A stretch of DNA of 64,000 nt from the human T2T-CHM13v2.0 reference genome, Homo sapiens. Positions 40,997 to 52,112 of this stretch are shown one piece after another; position 1 is the first letter of the stretch; every line of letters starts with the position of its first letter. The translations under genes were made by a program, and so were the position numbers. The DNA lies in NCBI RefSeq assembly GCF_009914755.1, contig NC_060943.1. One strand, written 5' to 3'. The notes beneath the pieces were generated by a model. It saw nothing but the letters and a program-made list of their open reading frames with translations, was not told the origin of the DNA and made no database searches.

Positions 40997-41300
40997 GGCC
41001 GGGCACAGTGGCTCACACCTGAAATCCCAGCACTTTGAGAGGCTGAGGCAGGTGGGTCACTTGGGCTCAGGAGTTTGAGACCAGCCTGGCCAACATGGTG
41101 AAACCCCATCTCTACTAAAAATACAAAAATTAGCCAGGTGTCATGGCGCAGACCTGTAATCCCAGCTACTCAGGAGGCTGAGGCAGGAGAAACGCTTGAA
41201 CCCGGGAAGTAGAGGTTGCACTGAGCTGAGATTGCACCACTGCCCTCCAGCCTGGGGGGGAGAGTGAGACTCTGTCTCAAAAAATAAAAATAAAATAAAA
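40997..41300 (+). mobile_element. AluS with TSD aaaagacagtaca
   Basis: Full Alu; flanking direct repeat. Confidence 0.95.
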
Positions 41301-41644
41301 GACAGTACAGAGTTTCACAGCTTGAAAAATAAGAATTTACCAGCCGACTCTGCACTCTGCTCCAGGGCTCCTCCCTTGAGCCGCACTTTGCTTTGCCTCC
41401 GGGGCCTGGATCATCCATCCCACCCATCCACAAGGGCCCTGGGGACAGAGGAGCCTGGGGACACTTCCCGGCCCAACCCCAGGGGCACAGCCCAAAGCAA
41501 TCATGACATTTCTCTGGAGTCTTGTATTTTATCTTTAAATGTTAGGCAGAGTTTACGTTCTCCCTTGTAATGTATACATGTTTGTCTTGCTGACTTGTTT
41601 GTCAATTCTGGAGTCAAGGGGGCACTCAAATGGACTCCACTGGG

Positions 41645-42237
<593 letters not shown>

Positions 42238-45200
42238 TGAAAGGGGACTCTGCTGTACGCGCCTTCCTGTGCTCCTGTGCATCTCTTGTGGGTGGGCTCT
42301 GGGCAACGGTACCTGAGGGGTGGAGCTGAAACCATGGCTTGACGGGAGGCATGTTGGAAGAGGAAATCAGCCATCAGCTCTAAACAACAGCTGCTACTTA
42401 CAGAGCACTCACACTGGCTGGGCCGAGTTCTTTGCTTTGCTGTGTTCTCCCATTTAATTCTTCCAGCAACCCCACCCGTTAGGTCCTATCTCTGTTCCCA
42501 CACTACACAGGAGGACACTGAGACTGGAGAGGTAAAGCCCAAGGTCAACCAGCTGCACTCAGATTCTCAAGTTGATGCTCTGCACAGACTGTCTACTACA
42601 GGGCAGGCCCAAGGAGAAGGGATTGCCTGTCACATGGAAGGGGCTCCATGTACTGGGCTTGGGTCCAAGGAAGGAGAGCCCTGGGTTTCTGATGGAACAA
42701 AGGCCACTCTCATTGTCTAAACTTTTTTCATGGGAAAAACTCCCTTGGACCCTTGCAAATGTATCTGCAGAGCCTCAGGTGGTCACTTGGAGCCAGAGTG
42801 GCAGCCACACACAGTCACTTGGGGCAGGATTCTATGGAAAGCCATTCTCCCACGGATCCCGTCTGGGCTTATATTGATTGAGAAAAGTGGAGGACTCCCC
42901 CGACCCCCCTGGAGAGGGCCTCCCTGGCATCCCTTGACTGCAACAGCCTAATCTGTTCCAACAATCTTCTCAGCGCTGTTGCACAAGAAGGGCTACGGGT
43001 CCCTGGGAGTGCTCTTGAACTTTCCCCAGTGTCAGGCCAGCTCAGGGTTCCGTGCTTAAAACATTCAGCGGCCCAGCCCTCAACACAGAATCCATCCTCT
43101 CCTCCCCAACCCCCACCCCCCCGCCCCACTCCCACCCCCAGGGAAAGTCTGACTTTGCCCAGTACCCACTTCCCTCCCAGGGGTTCAGGGCAGCAGTCCC
43201 ATTGGCTTGTAACTTGGCATGTGACCCAGTTTTTGCCAATAGGACGTGACAAGGAGGGCTGTGGGAGCCACTAGGATAATTCCATTGTTTTCTATAGGTG
43301 TCCAGGCAGGTGTGAAGCTTTGAGCTCTGTTCATTTTGAGACCAGAGAAGTGCTGGCATGAGAACAGGCCAACGTGCTGAGGATGGTAGAGGAAAGCTGG
43401 GGAGAGCTGGTCCTTGAATAGTATTCCAATCCACTGATTCACCTCCAGGCGCATTCTGTGAATCAGGTGTTCTATCATGAAGCTATTCTGTTGCAGCCTT
43501 TGCTACTTGCACCCAAATCCATATAGCATTTGAGAATTTGATGGAAAAGGCTCAAATGCAGTTTTGAGCAATTTAGGGGGCTGCTGGCTCCCCCACAGGC
43601 TGCAAAAATGTTAAAATTCCTGGTCAGGAGGTCTTAGTCTTGTCTCGTTCTCACCCCAGTGCTGGCTCCCAGGGCCGGCAGGGTTGGTTTGGTTCAGAAT
43701 GGCACACCCAGGCTGTTGGCAGAAGGTAGAAAGGCAACCCCTGCCTTCCTGCCCACTAGGAGTCCTGAGTGCCCACTGAGCGTGGTGCCAGGGACTGGGC
43801 AAGGGCAATTTGGGTGAGGGGACAGGTGAGGGGACTAACAGTCCCATGTTTCGTCACTCCCTTTAGTCTCCAGATTCTCTGGGGTCCTAACTAGGAGGGA
43901 AGATTGGGGGGATTCCCAGGGTAGAGGCGGAGGCCAGGTGGGTGTGACCGTGAGCTCTGGTCCAGGCTGGCTTATTCCTAGCCTGTACAGGAGCCATCTC
44001 TGGAGCCTGAGGTGAGCACAGATCTAAGAAGGACTGACCAGCACCCCAGGAAGCCTGGGGGTGGGGGAAGAGACAACCCGGTGCTAAAACCCCAGTCCTC
44101 CCTCCCGGAGACAGCAGCAGGCAGGTCTCTCAGTCTGTTCATCTGCTTGTCTGATTATAGCCTTGCTGAGAAGGTTGGGTTCAGCAGAGTCTGTGATCTC
44201 ATTTTGGGTTCATTTTCCCTTCCTTATTAAGATCCTAATTTTTAAACATAGCCTGCAAACAGCAATAGCAACAAAGAACAACATCACATTGGAAGCCACC
44301 TTGAAACATCTGGAAACCTGAGGTCTTGCCATGGGTTTTACATCCTGCAAATGCCCCGCTGTGTGAGAGCACAGGTTTGAATCTGCTTTTTAAACTATGA
44401 ACTGTAATGACTTAAGTGCCAGTCAACTCTTAATGATAGAGCAAGTTCTGATTGGACTCACGTCCGATGTCATCTCTTGAACCACAGTAATGAAACAGGA
44501 TGTACTCCACGAGATGTTTCAATATGTTCTCAGTCCAAATTCTACATCTTTCAATTAAAAAATGCATCACCATTGCATTATATACCACAGATCATTAAAT
44601 ACCTATCACTGTCCATATCCAAGTCTCCCAGTGGAAGAGATGGCTGACATTTAGCTAGGAACTTTTAAAACACTTGAGAATAAATTATGACCCAAACTTA
44701 CTGTTCTTAATGACACGTATAAAGTTCAGCTCTTAAATAAAAGGATTCAGGAATACAGAAACAAAGTCCCCAGCCGTACTAAGGAAATAAAAGTCGTCCA
44801 GTTCTTGTTTCCACTAAATTGTACATTTTTATTATAATTGGTATAAAGTGAAACTCTTAAAAAAACACGTAGGAATTTAAAATAAAGTAGAATATCCTAT
44901 TTTCAGGGTCACCAGTACCATGGTGAGATTTGTCTCTTAAACAATGACACTTAGTAGCTCTGTAGTTCCATGAATACTTTTGAAGTGTCATATTAAAACC
45001 AATCTCATGGCCTTGAGGCAAAGAGAAGCAATTAGTCTTGGAGTTGTGAATAAATAAAAATCCATTTATACACCCGTCCTTGACATGTACCTTGCAAATC
45101 TTAGAAACTTCATCTAGTGGGAAAATAAATGTTAAATCATGAATACCCATACTAATCACATTGCCATGTGGCTTCCTAAAACAGTTTCGCTTATACCAAT

Positions 45201-46233
45201 CTTTCAAGTATTAATTTATATGTATATATTCACCCAGATTGAACACGAAACAAAGGCGTTACCGCAGCCACCTAGGATGAGGGACAAAAGAGGTGTGAGG
45301 GGCGCTGGGGGCCACAGGAGCCATGACAAGCGGATTTTCAGTGAGTCCCTCATCCTCCAACACAAGCCTGCTCCACCTTCCCTCATTCCACCCTCCACAA
45401 AGGCCTGGGGCGGGGGAGGACGTTTCTGTCCATGAAGTTGGGGGCACCCACACACACAACCTCGTCCGATTGTGATTCTAGCCAGCATTTAAGGGTGGAT
45501 ACAGGAGATCAAAGTATTTGAATACTTGCTTCACTTTCTATTTGTGTCTGGTCCCTCAATGCTGAGTGGGATGTGCATTGATGGAGGGCTTTGCTGTTCC
45601 TATGTCGTGCTTGGGACAGTCGGCCACAAAGCTGGGCTGACCTCTCGGGCCGGGCCGGGCCTGGCCAGCGTGCCGAACGCGCAGAGAGCGCGCTGCTGAG
45701 CCGAAGCTGGGAGCTGGAAGCCCGGAGGTACCGGGGCGTAGGGAGCAGAGTGGGCAGCCCTTGGGCCTCGCGGGAGCCCCTCCCAACCCCTGCACAGATC
45801 CCTGACCTACTTCCAGGGCTTCTTTCTGTTCCAGGAGCAGCTCAAAATCCATAAATTAAGGAAATTAACTGATGGGGCCTGCGGCATCTTTGTAAGCTAT
45901 TTAAATCTATAAATTTACAACATCTTCTGCATATATCAAATAATTGAACTAACTGCAGGGATGTAACTTTAATGAGAAAATTTCCCCCTTTTTCCTGTAG
46001 TTCGAACTCGAAAATAAATAAATAAATAAAACCTTCCCTTAGGAGGAAAGTTTCGGCTGATTCCCGCGTAAAGAAGTTACGGAAGCGCTGTCTGGACGCT
46101 CTCTCCACGCGCGCGAGGTCCTCTAGTAGAGGGAGAAAGCCCCCCCCACTTCACCTTCCTCCCACTGGCACCCCGAGTCCCCCTCACCCCAGCTCCAGGC
46201 CGACCCCGAGCGCCCCCCACCCCGGGAGTGCGG

Positions 46234-46247
46234 CCGCTAGGGGGCGT
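46234..46247 (+). promoter_or_regulatory. CTCF motif candidate CCGCTAGGGGGCGT upstream of KCTD15
   Basis: Close match to the CCASYAGRKGGCRS core. Confidence 0.6.
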
Positions 46248-47599
46248 CCAGGCCCGGCCGGAGCCGGCGGTCGGGACCCAGGCGCCGTTCCGGCCCGTGC
46301 GCACCCGCCCCGCGGTCCCAGCCGGTCTCCGGCCCGGGCGTCCCTGGAGCCAGGCGGGGGCGCAGTGCCGGCCAGTCGCGCGCTCCGTTTCCTAGGAGCC
46401 GGGAAATGGTCGCCGAGGAGGAGGAGGAGGCACGGGCGGGGCGCAAAGGAAACAGGAGGAAGAGGAAGGGGAGGAGGAGTGGGAGTGGGAGAAAAGGAGG
46501 AAGGGGCGGCCGAAGCGGAGACTGGGGAGGGGCGTCCGGGGCGCGGACCTCGGCCGCGGGGAGTCTTGGCTGCCGCCGTCTCCATCGCGCCGCGCGCGTA
46601 AAGGAAATGGCGCGTCTAGCCGCGAGCGGTCGGCCCGGTGCCCCAGCGCGTCCCTCCCCCGCGGCGGCCGACCGCGTGTCCGCAGACGTCACGGGAGAGG
46701 GGCAGCGGGGCAGAGACCCTGGGAGGGCGGCCAGGGAGCGGGGGAGGGGCGGCCTGGCCCCCGGCTCCGCTCCAGCCCCGACCGACTGGCAGCCCAGTTT
46801 CTTCCCAAGTCCCGCCCCCAGCCCCGGGCGCCGCGGCGGCGGCTGCTCTCCTCTTTGTAACCGAGGAGTCAAGAAATGTGAGAAACGTGCCCTGTGTTAC
46901 TTATTTGGGAGCCGAAAATTTATGCCCAGCTGAAAGCGCCCGGGGAAATATTACATCAGATGAAATGACAATGATTAAAATCAGCCTCTCCCCCGCCCCC
47001 TCCCCGAGCCCGGAGGAGGCCCGGGCGCCGCGTGGCCGGCCGGCGGGGGGCGGGGGGCTGGGCCGCGGAGGGCGCTGGGGCCTGGGCGCACCGCTCCCGG
47101 GAGGGTCCTGGCCGCGGCCCCGGCGGGAAGGCGCGGGCTTCGGGAGAGGCGGGTGGGGATCGCCCGGCGAAAGGAGGGGAAACGGCGCGTTTTTGTCGCC
47201 AGGCGCGGGCGCGCGGAGCTAATTGCGACTCTAATCCTCTGCCCCGCGGCGCAGCCGAGCCCCGAGCCAGGAGTCGCCGCGCGCGCCCGTTCGCGCTGGG
47301 TAATTTGGGGCCGGATCGCTGCCCTTTACGTCCGGGCTGGGCCGCGGCGAGGCGCTGGCTAGGGGCTGGAGTGGGGGGCTGGTTTTCTCTCCAGCAATCG
47401 AGGGAGGCCGCCGGAGAGAGAGGAGGGAGGAGAGGAGGTGGGAGCGGCGGGAGGGCAGCCGGAGAGCGGCGCGAGGAGGAGGCGGCGGCGGCGGAGGCGG
47501 CGGCCGCGAAGAGGGGAGGAGGCGAGGGGAGGGTGGGGAGGGGAGGCCCCGGCGCGCCGCGCCGCGAGGGGCCGCGTGAAGCGGGGGCCGGGGCGGGAG

Positions 47600-47761
47600 G
47601 GGTGGGTGGGGGGAGGGTTGGGGGCGAGAGAGAAAGTAACTCCAGGACGAGACCGGAGCGACCCGCGCAGCGAGCATAGGCGGCGAAGCTGCGCCCGGCG
47701 CCCGAGACCGGCAGCTGCGTGGGGCGGGGGCTGCGCCCGAGCCCGATCTGCCGGCTCCGAG
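47600..47761 (+). other. KCTD15: KCTD15 non-coding exon 1 (5' end uncertain)
   Basis: Strong donor CCGAG|gtaagc at 47761/47762 within the CpG island; TSS cannot be fixed from sequence. Confidence 0.7.
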
Positions 47762-48020
47762 GTAAGCTCAGCGCGGGCGGCCACCGCTCAGAGCCGCGCA
47801 ACCCTGCCCCGAAGTGGCTGCGATACCGAGAAAGTCGCCCGGCCAGGGTCTGGACCTGGGCGGGGGCGGCCGCTTTGTCCCTCTGCTGGGCGGCGGGGGC
47901 TGGCGGCGCGGGGGTGCCCAGCACAAAGGCCTGGTGCAAGAGTGGGGTTGCCCACGTGGGCTGGTCCTGGCCGCGGGTGGACCCTCCCCACGCGGGCGGT
48001 CTCGGAGCTTCCTGCCGCGC

Positions 48021-48021
<1 letters not shown>

Positions 48022-48062
<41 letters not shown>

Positions 48063-48073
48063 CGCGCGCGCGC
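48022..48073. repeat. (GT)n(CG)9 alternating purine-pyrimidine tract
   Basis: Directly visible. Confidence 0.97.
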
Positions 48074-49440
48074 TTGTGGAGGTCCCCGCACTCTGGCCCC
48101 TGTTCTGGGCCGAGCGCCCTGCAGAGCTGGCGAGTTTCCGGGGTCAGAAACGGGCTCACGCAACTGGGGCTTCGGGATGCACAAGTCCCGGCTTGGCGCC
48201 CAAAATCAGAGAAAGTCTCCAGTGGGACAGATGTGCGTCCTCTGACGCCCACCCCACGAGTCCGAAACCTGGCAGGAGGGGCTGTCGCGCTGGTGGTGGT
48301 CCCGGGCGCGCAGGGTTTGGGGCTGGGAGAGGGGCCGCGATGGGAGGGATCGCCGCCTGCAGATCCGGTTCCCCGCTGCCCGCCCGCACCCCCTGACCTG
48401 GACGCGCGCACCCGGCACACACTCGCAAACACACCCGGGGGCGGACCCCCGCCTCTGCAGCGCCTTTCTGTCTTCCGGCGGCCCCCACCCGCGACTGCAG
48501 AAAGATAAGCTTCAAGTTTTCGCTCCGTATCTCAAATGTGCATGAAGGAATTTAACTGCACGAGTGAATAACAGCATTAGTTTCAATTAATTTTTTTTTA
48601 ATCCCGGCAACAATAAACTTTGAGAACAAAAGCGCTTTTACGTCCTTAATTAGGCGAGCTTCCCATCTGTGGTCTCCAAGTGTCTGCCTCTTGATTTAAC
48701 TTTGTCCCCGCCCCGCCTCCGCGGCAACCCCTCCCAGCCCAGCCCCGCGCTTCGGGTGCCGCGGCCACCCCGCCCCGCGGCGCCTCCAGCCTTGGCCCAA
48801 GCCCTCTCCCGTCGCCCCTAAGTTCACACCGGCCGGCTGGCTCCGCGGCGGAGGCGGGAGGGGGGGGGTGGGGAGGCTGGCGCGCACCAGGTGGCCCGCC
48901 TGCCTCTCCGGGGCCACCCCTGGGACAATTGTGCAGGCCCCCAGGACTTTCGCCCCGGGCCAGCGCCCTGAGTGCGGAGCCGAGGGGAGCTCGAGAGGCG
49001 CCTTCTGTTTACCTTTTATGGTTAAAATAACAGCTTAGCAAAGAAGCGACTTCAGAAGAAGCGATTTAGTGAAATCGTCTCAAGCTGCCGCAGCTCAGCC
49101 AGTTTAATCACCCCCAGAGAGCCGAACAACTGCGAGCGCAATGGGACACAAAATCATTTTGTGTGTAAATGAGCGTGGCATTCTGCTCACTTCTCTCTGC
49201 TCGGGCGGGCGGGGCTCGGCGGCGGGCGGGCAGGGACCCGGGTCTCCCGCCGCAGCTGGAGAAGCGGGTCACTACCGGGCCAGTTTGGAAACCTGTGGGC
49301 CCTCCCGACCGCTATCGCTGAGGCCCCTGCAACAGGCGGGCCAGGGCGCACTGGGGCTGGGTGCTGGGTTTGATGCTGGTGCTGGTGGAATGAACTTGTA
49401 TCTCTCACTGCACCCACTTTTGTGCTTCTGACTTAAGCAG

Positions 49441-49536
49441 TGGTCTCGGAAAGAGGGTCGTGGTCCCGCACGGATGCGCTTGTTGGGAGAAACCTTGGAG
49501 ATTCACGGCAAGGCGTAAAGCCTGGGGCTTCCAACG
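49441..49536 (+). other. KCTD15: KCTD15 non-coding exon 2 (contains uORF 49474-49518)
   Basis: Acceptor ttttgtgcttctgacttaagcAG, donor CCAACG|gtaagt. Confidence 0.7.
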
Positions 49537-51224
49537 GTAAGTTTCTGGCTTGCCATGAACATCAGGTTGTTCTTGGGAGGGAAAAGGGGCTAAGAACAGA
49601 GTGGAGCGGCTTCTGTGATGGAGGCTTGGTGTTCACGTCACTTTGGAATAGTGTCCTGGTATTGGGGAAAACATCTTGCAGTCCGCTTTGATAGAATTTC
49701 AGCCAGAATTCCTTCCTGTTCAGTTTATCCTCAGCGCGTCTTCCCTTCTGACTCCTCCCCCAGCAGAGCCTCCTAGGGCAGGATAATCCATTCCTGAGGT
49801 CTGTTTTGGTTCTCAGAACTCCTTGAGCTAAGTGACCTGGTTTTGTTTTTTTAAGCTTGTAGAACTCAGGAATGCCAAAAGCAGTGGATTCTGAGTCCAC
49901 AGGCCCCAGTGAGGGTATATATTAAACATCACTGTCTGCCCATTGCAACCTCCCACCCCAGTTTTATGTCAGGAAACTTGCCCGGGCACTCAGGGAGAGC
50001 AACCTTGCTTACATTTGCAGGATTTGATTCTGGTTGGATTAAAATTGGATATTGAATTTCAAGGCACAAATTTTGATCCCAGAGTTTTAATGGGAAAAAG
50101 CAATCCCATGGGTCCCAAGAATTTCAAGTGGTTTCTCTCTTAAAGGTTAAACCTTCGAGAGACGTCCAGGGTAGGTTTGTGGAAGCCAGTGTCTGTGGAT
50201 GTGTGAAGGGGGGTGACTATTCACGTGCAAATCTCCTCTTTCCTCCCTTTTGAGACAGCTGTAAATCAGTGAACGGGGCTGCAGAATTCTGCCCCTCCTG
50301 CATAGGGCCTGCAAAGCGCCCCTGGGTGTGGCTTCCAGGGACTGAGGGACAATCTTATTTCAGGTGACTACGGCACAGAGGAGAGTTACTGAGTGCCTCT
50401 GGGGAGGAGCAGTAGAAAGGGTCCATTGGCTGATCTGCTTGCTCTGTGCTTCCTCCTGGCCACCTGGCCATCTCCTGATGCCTCGGGGGTATGTGATCCT
50501 GAGGGGTCTGGAATGCATTAGGCATAGACAACACCACTCTGGGAGTCTGGGGAGAAACTGTGAGGTACAGACTAGGCAAACAAAGACAGGTTTTCTCTGC
50601 TATTGGGAGCCACAGAGAAGAGGCGGCTTCCCAAGTGACTTGCCCTCATCCATGTGCCTGGACTTCTGCTGAACGGCTTCCCTGTGTCTGGCCAGATGCA
50701 AGCTGTATCTTATCACCATGGGGATGGTATTAAGAGAGGTCCTAGGTTCCCTGGCCCATGGAGGGTGAGGGGTGCTTTCTGAGCCTTGGTCCACAAGGCT
50801 GTTGCAAGAGGAGACACGCTTGGTAACATGGCTTGAAAGGAAAATACCAGGAAAATCTGGTTTGTTCTGAAATATTTTGGGGCAATAATGGTGAGCATAT
50901 GTTTCAGTGCTGTCATTAGCCGAATTAGCAGACATGGAGCTGCCCAGAAAACACATGTGTGAGTGTGACTGTGTGTGTGTGCATGTATGTGTGTGTCATC
51001 TGCTACAGCCTGGAGGCCTGCTTTGGGGTGTGGAGACAGATAGAGAGATAGTGGCGGTGGAGTCAATCAGGGAGGGCTGCATGGACCTCGCAGGGTCTCA
51101 GAGAGCATGCAGAAAGGACAATTCTAAGTGTCTTTGACCCCATGGTACATGACTAGGAGGAATAAGCCTTCTCTGGTTTTGTCGATGCCTCCCGCAGATA
51201 CTCTGGGCAGGGATGGAAGCCTAG

Positions 51225-51290
51225 ATGCCTCACCGCAAGGAGCGGCCGAGCGGGTCCTCGCTTCACACACACGGCAGCACCGGCACCGCG
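51225..51290 (+). CDS. KCTD15: KCTD15 first coding exon (exon starts 51198; MPHRKERPSGSSLHTHGSTGTA)
   Basis: Acceptor cctcccgcAG|ATA, ATG at 51225, donor GCG|gtgagc; 66 nt, phase 0. Confidence 0.9.
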
Positions 51291-51936
51291 GTGAGCCTGC
51301 AGGGTGGGCTGGGTCCCTGCCGGGAGTTCCCTCTTTCCCTTCTTCCCCAGTGCCTGTTTACTGGCTGTCCTTCCTTGGGACCATGACACTCCAGGTGGCT
51401 GTTGACTGGCTGTAGGATTATGTATTTTTGAAACAAAAATGCTCTTAATTTGATGTGAAATTTACTACATGTATAAAACTCAACGCCTTAGGTGCTGAGG
51501 AAGTCACTAATTTAGAGGTGTCTCGTTACTGAGACAAACTTGCAAAAAACCCCTGAATCCCAATTCACAAATTGGTGATTCGTTTGTCAGGGGATATTTC
51601 ACATCTAACACATAAGCCCACGACCTTTAATTAGAATTTTGCAGTTTGTTTTATGCCCCTGGAGGCTGACACCTTGAAAAATTTTTTTTCTTGATTTCTT
51701 ATTGCTAATAAGCATCTTTCTTTTTCCCTCTGGTACTTTGAAGAAAATGATGCAAATACACTTAATTACAGTGGTGGCCATAATTTGTCAGCTGAATATA
51801 TGATCAGGCACGGGCAGAAGTGATCTGATTAGATCTGTGATCACACTCTCAATAAAGGGAGTGCATGGCTGTGTTGTGGAGAAACTCTTGTGTTCCGCTT
51901 TGAAACTCTTGTGTTCCGCTTTGTTTCCATCTCTAG

Positions 51937-52112
51937 GAGGGAGGAAACATGTCCCGGCTGTCTCTCACCCGGTCGCCTGTGTCTCCCCTGGCTGCCCAGG
52001 GCATCCCCCTGCCAGCCCAGCTCACCAAGTCCAATGCACCTGTGCACATCGATGTGGGCGGCCACATGTACACCAGCAGCCTGGCCACGCTCACCAAGTA
52101 CCCTGACTCCAG
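51937..52112 (+). CDS. KCTD15: KCTD15 coding exon: [17 protein letters not shown]...[26 protein letters not shown] (start of BTB/T1 domain)
   Basis: Acceptor tttccatctctAG, donor AG|gtaaga; typical KCTD BTB start VHIDVGG..YT.SL.TLTKYP. Confidence 0.97.

Larger units (their letters stand above)
45600..49400 (+). promoter_or_regulatory. KCTD15: KCTD15 CpG-island promoter region
   Basis: Very high GC and CpG content, many GGGCGG boxes and G-tracts, YY1-like AAATGGCG near 46605, CRE-like GACGTCA near 46686; surrounds the first exon. Confidence 0.9.

Noticed and set aside
44270-45240. AT-rich block as a possible processed pseudogene or lncRNA exon
   Set aside because: No recognisable coding homology, polyA tail or TSD; identity not resolvable without a database search
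46184-48515. Many long Gly/Arg/Pro/Ala ORFs on both strands
   Set aside because: Stop-poor CpG island artefacts, mostly with non-ATG starts
45403-49528. AP-2 sites GCCNNNGGC (45403, 46821, 49520) suggesting TFAP2-KCTD15 feedback
   Set aside because: Biologically plausible but expected by chance in a GC-rich island; cannot be supported from sequence alone
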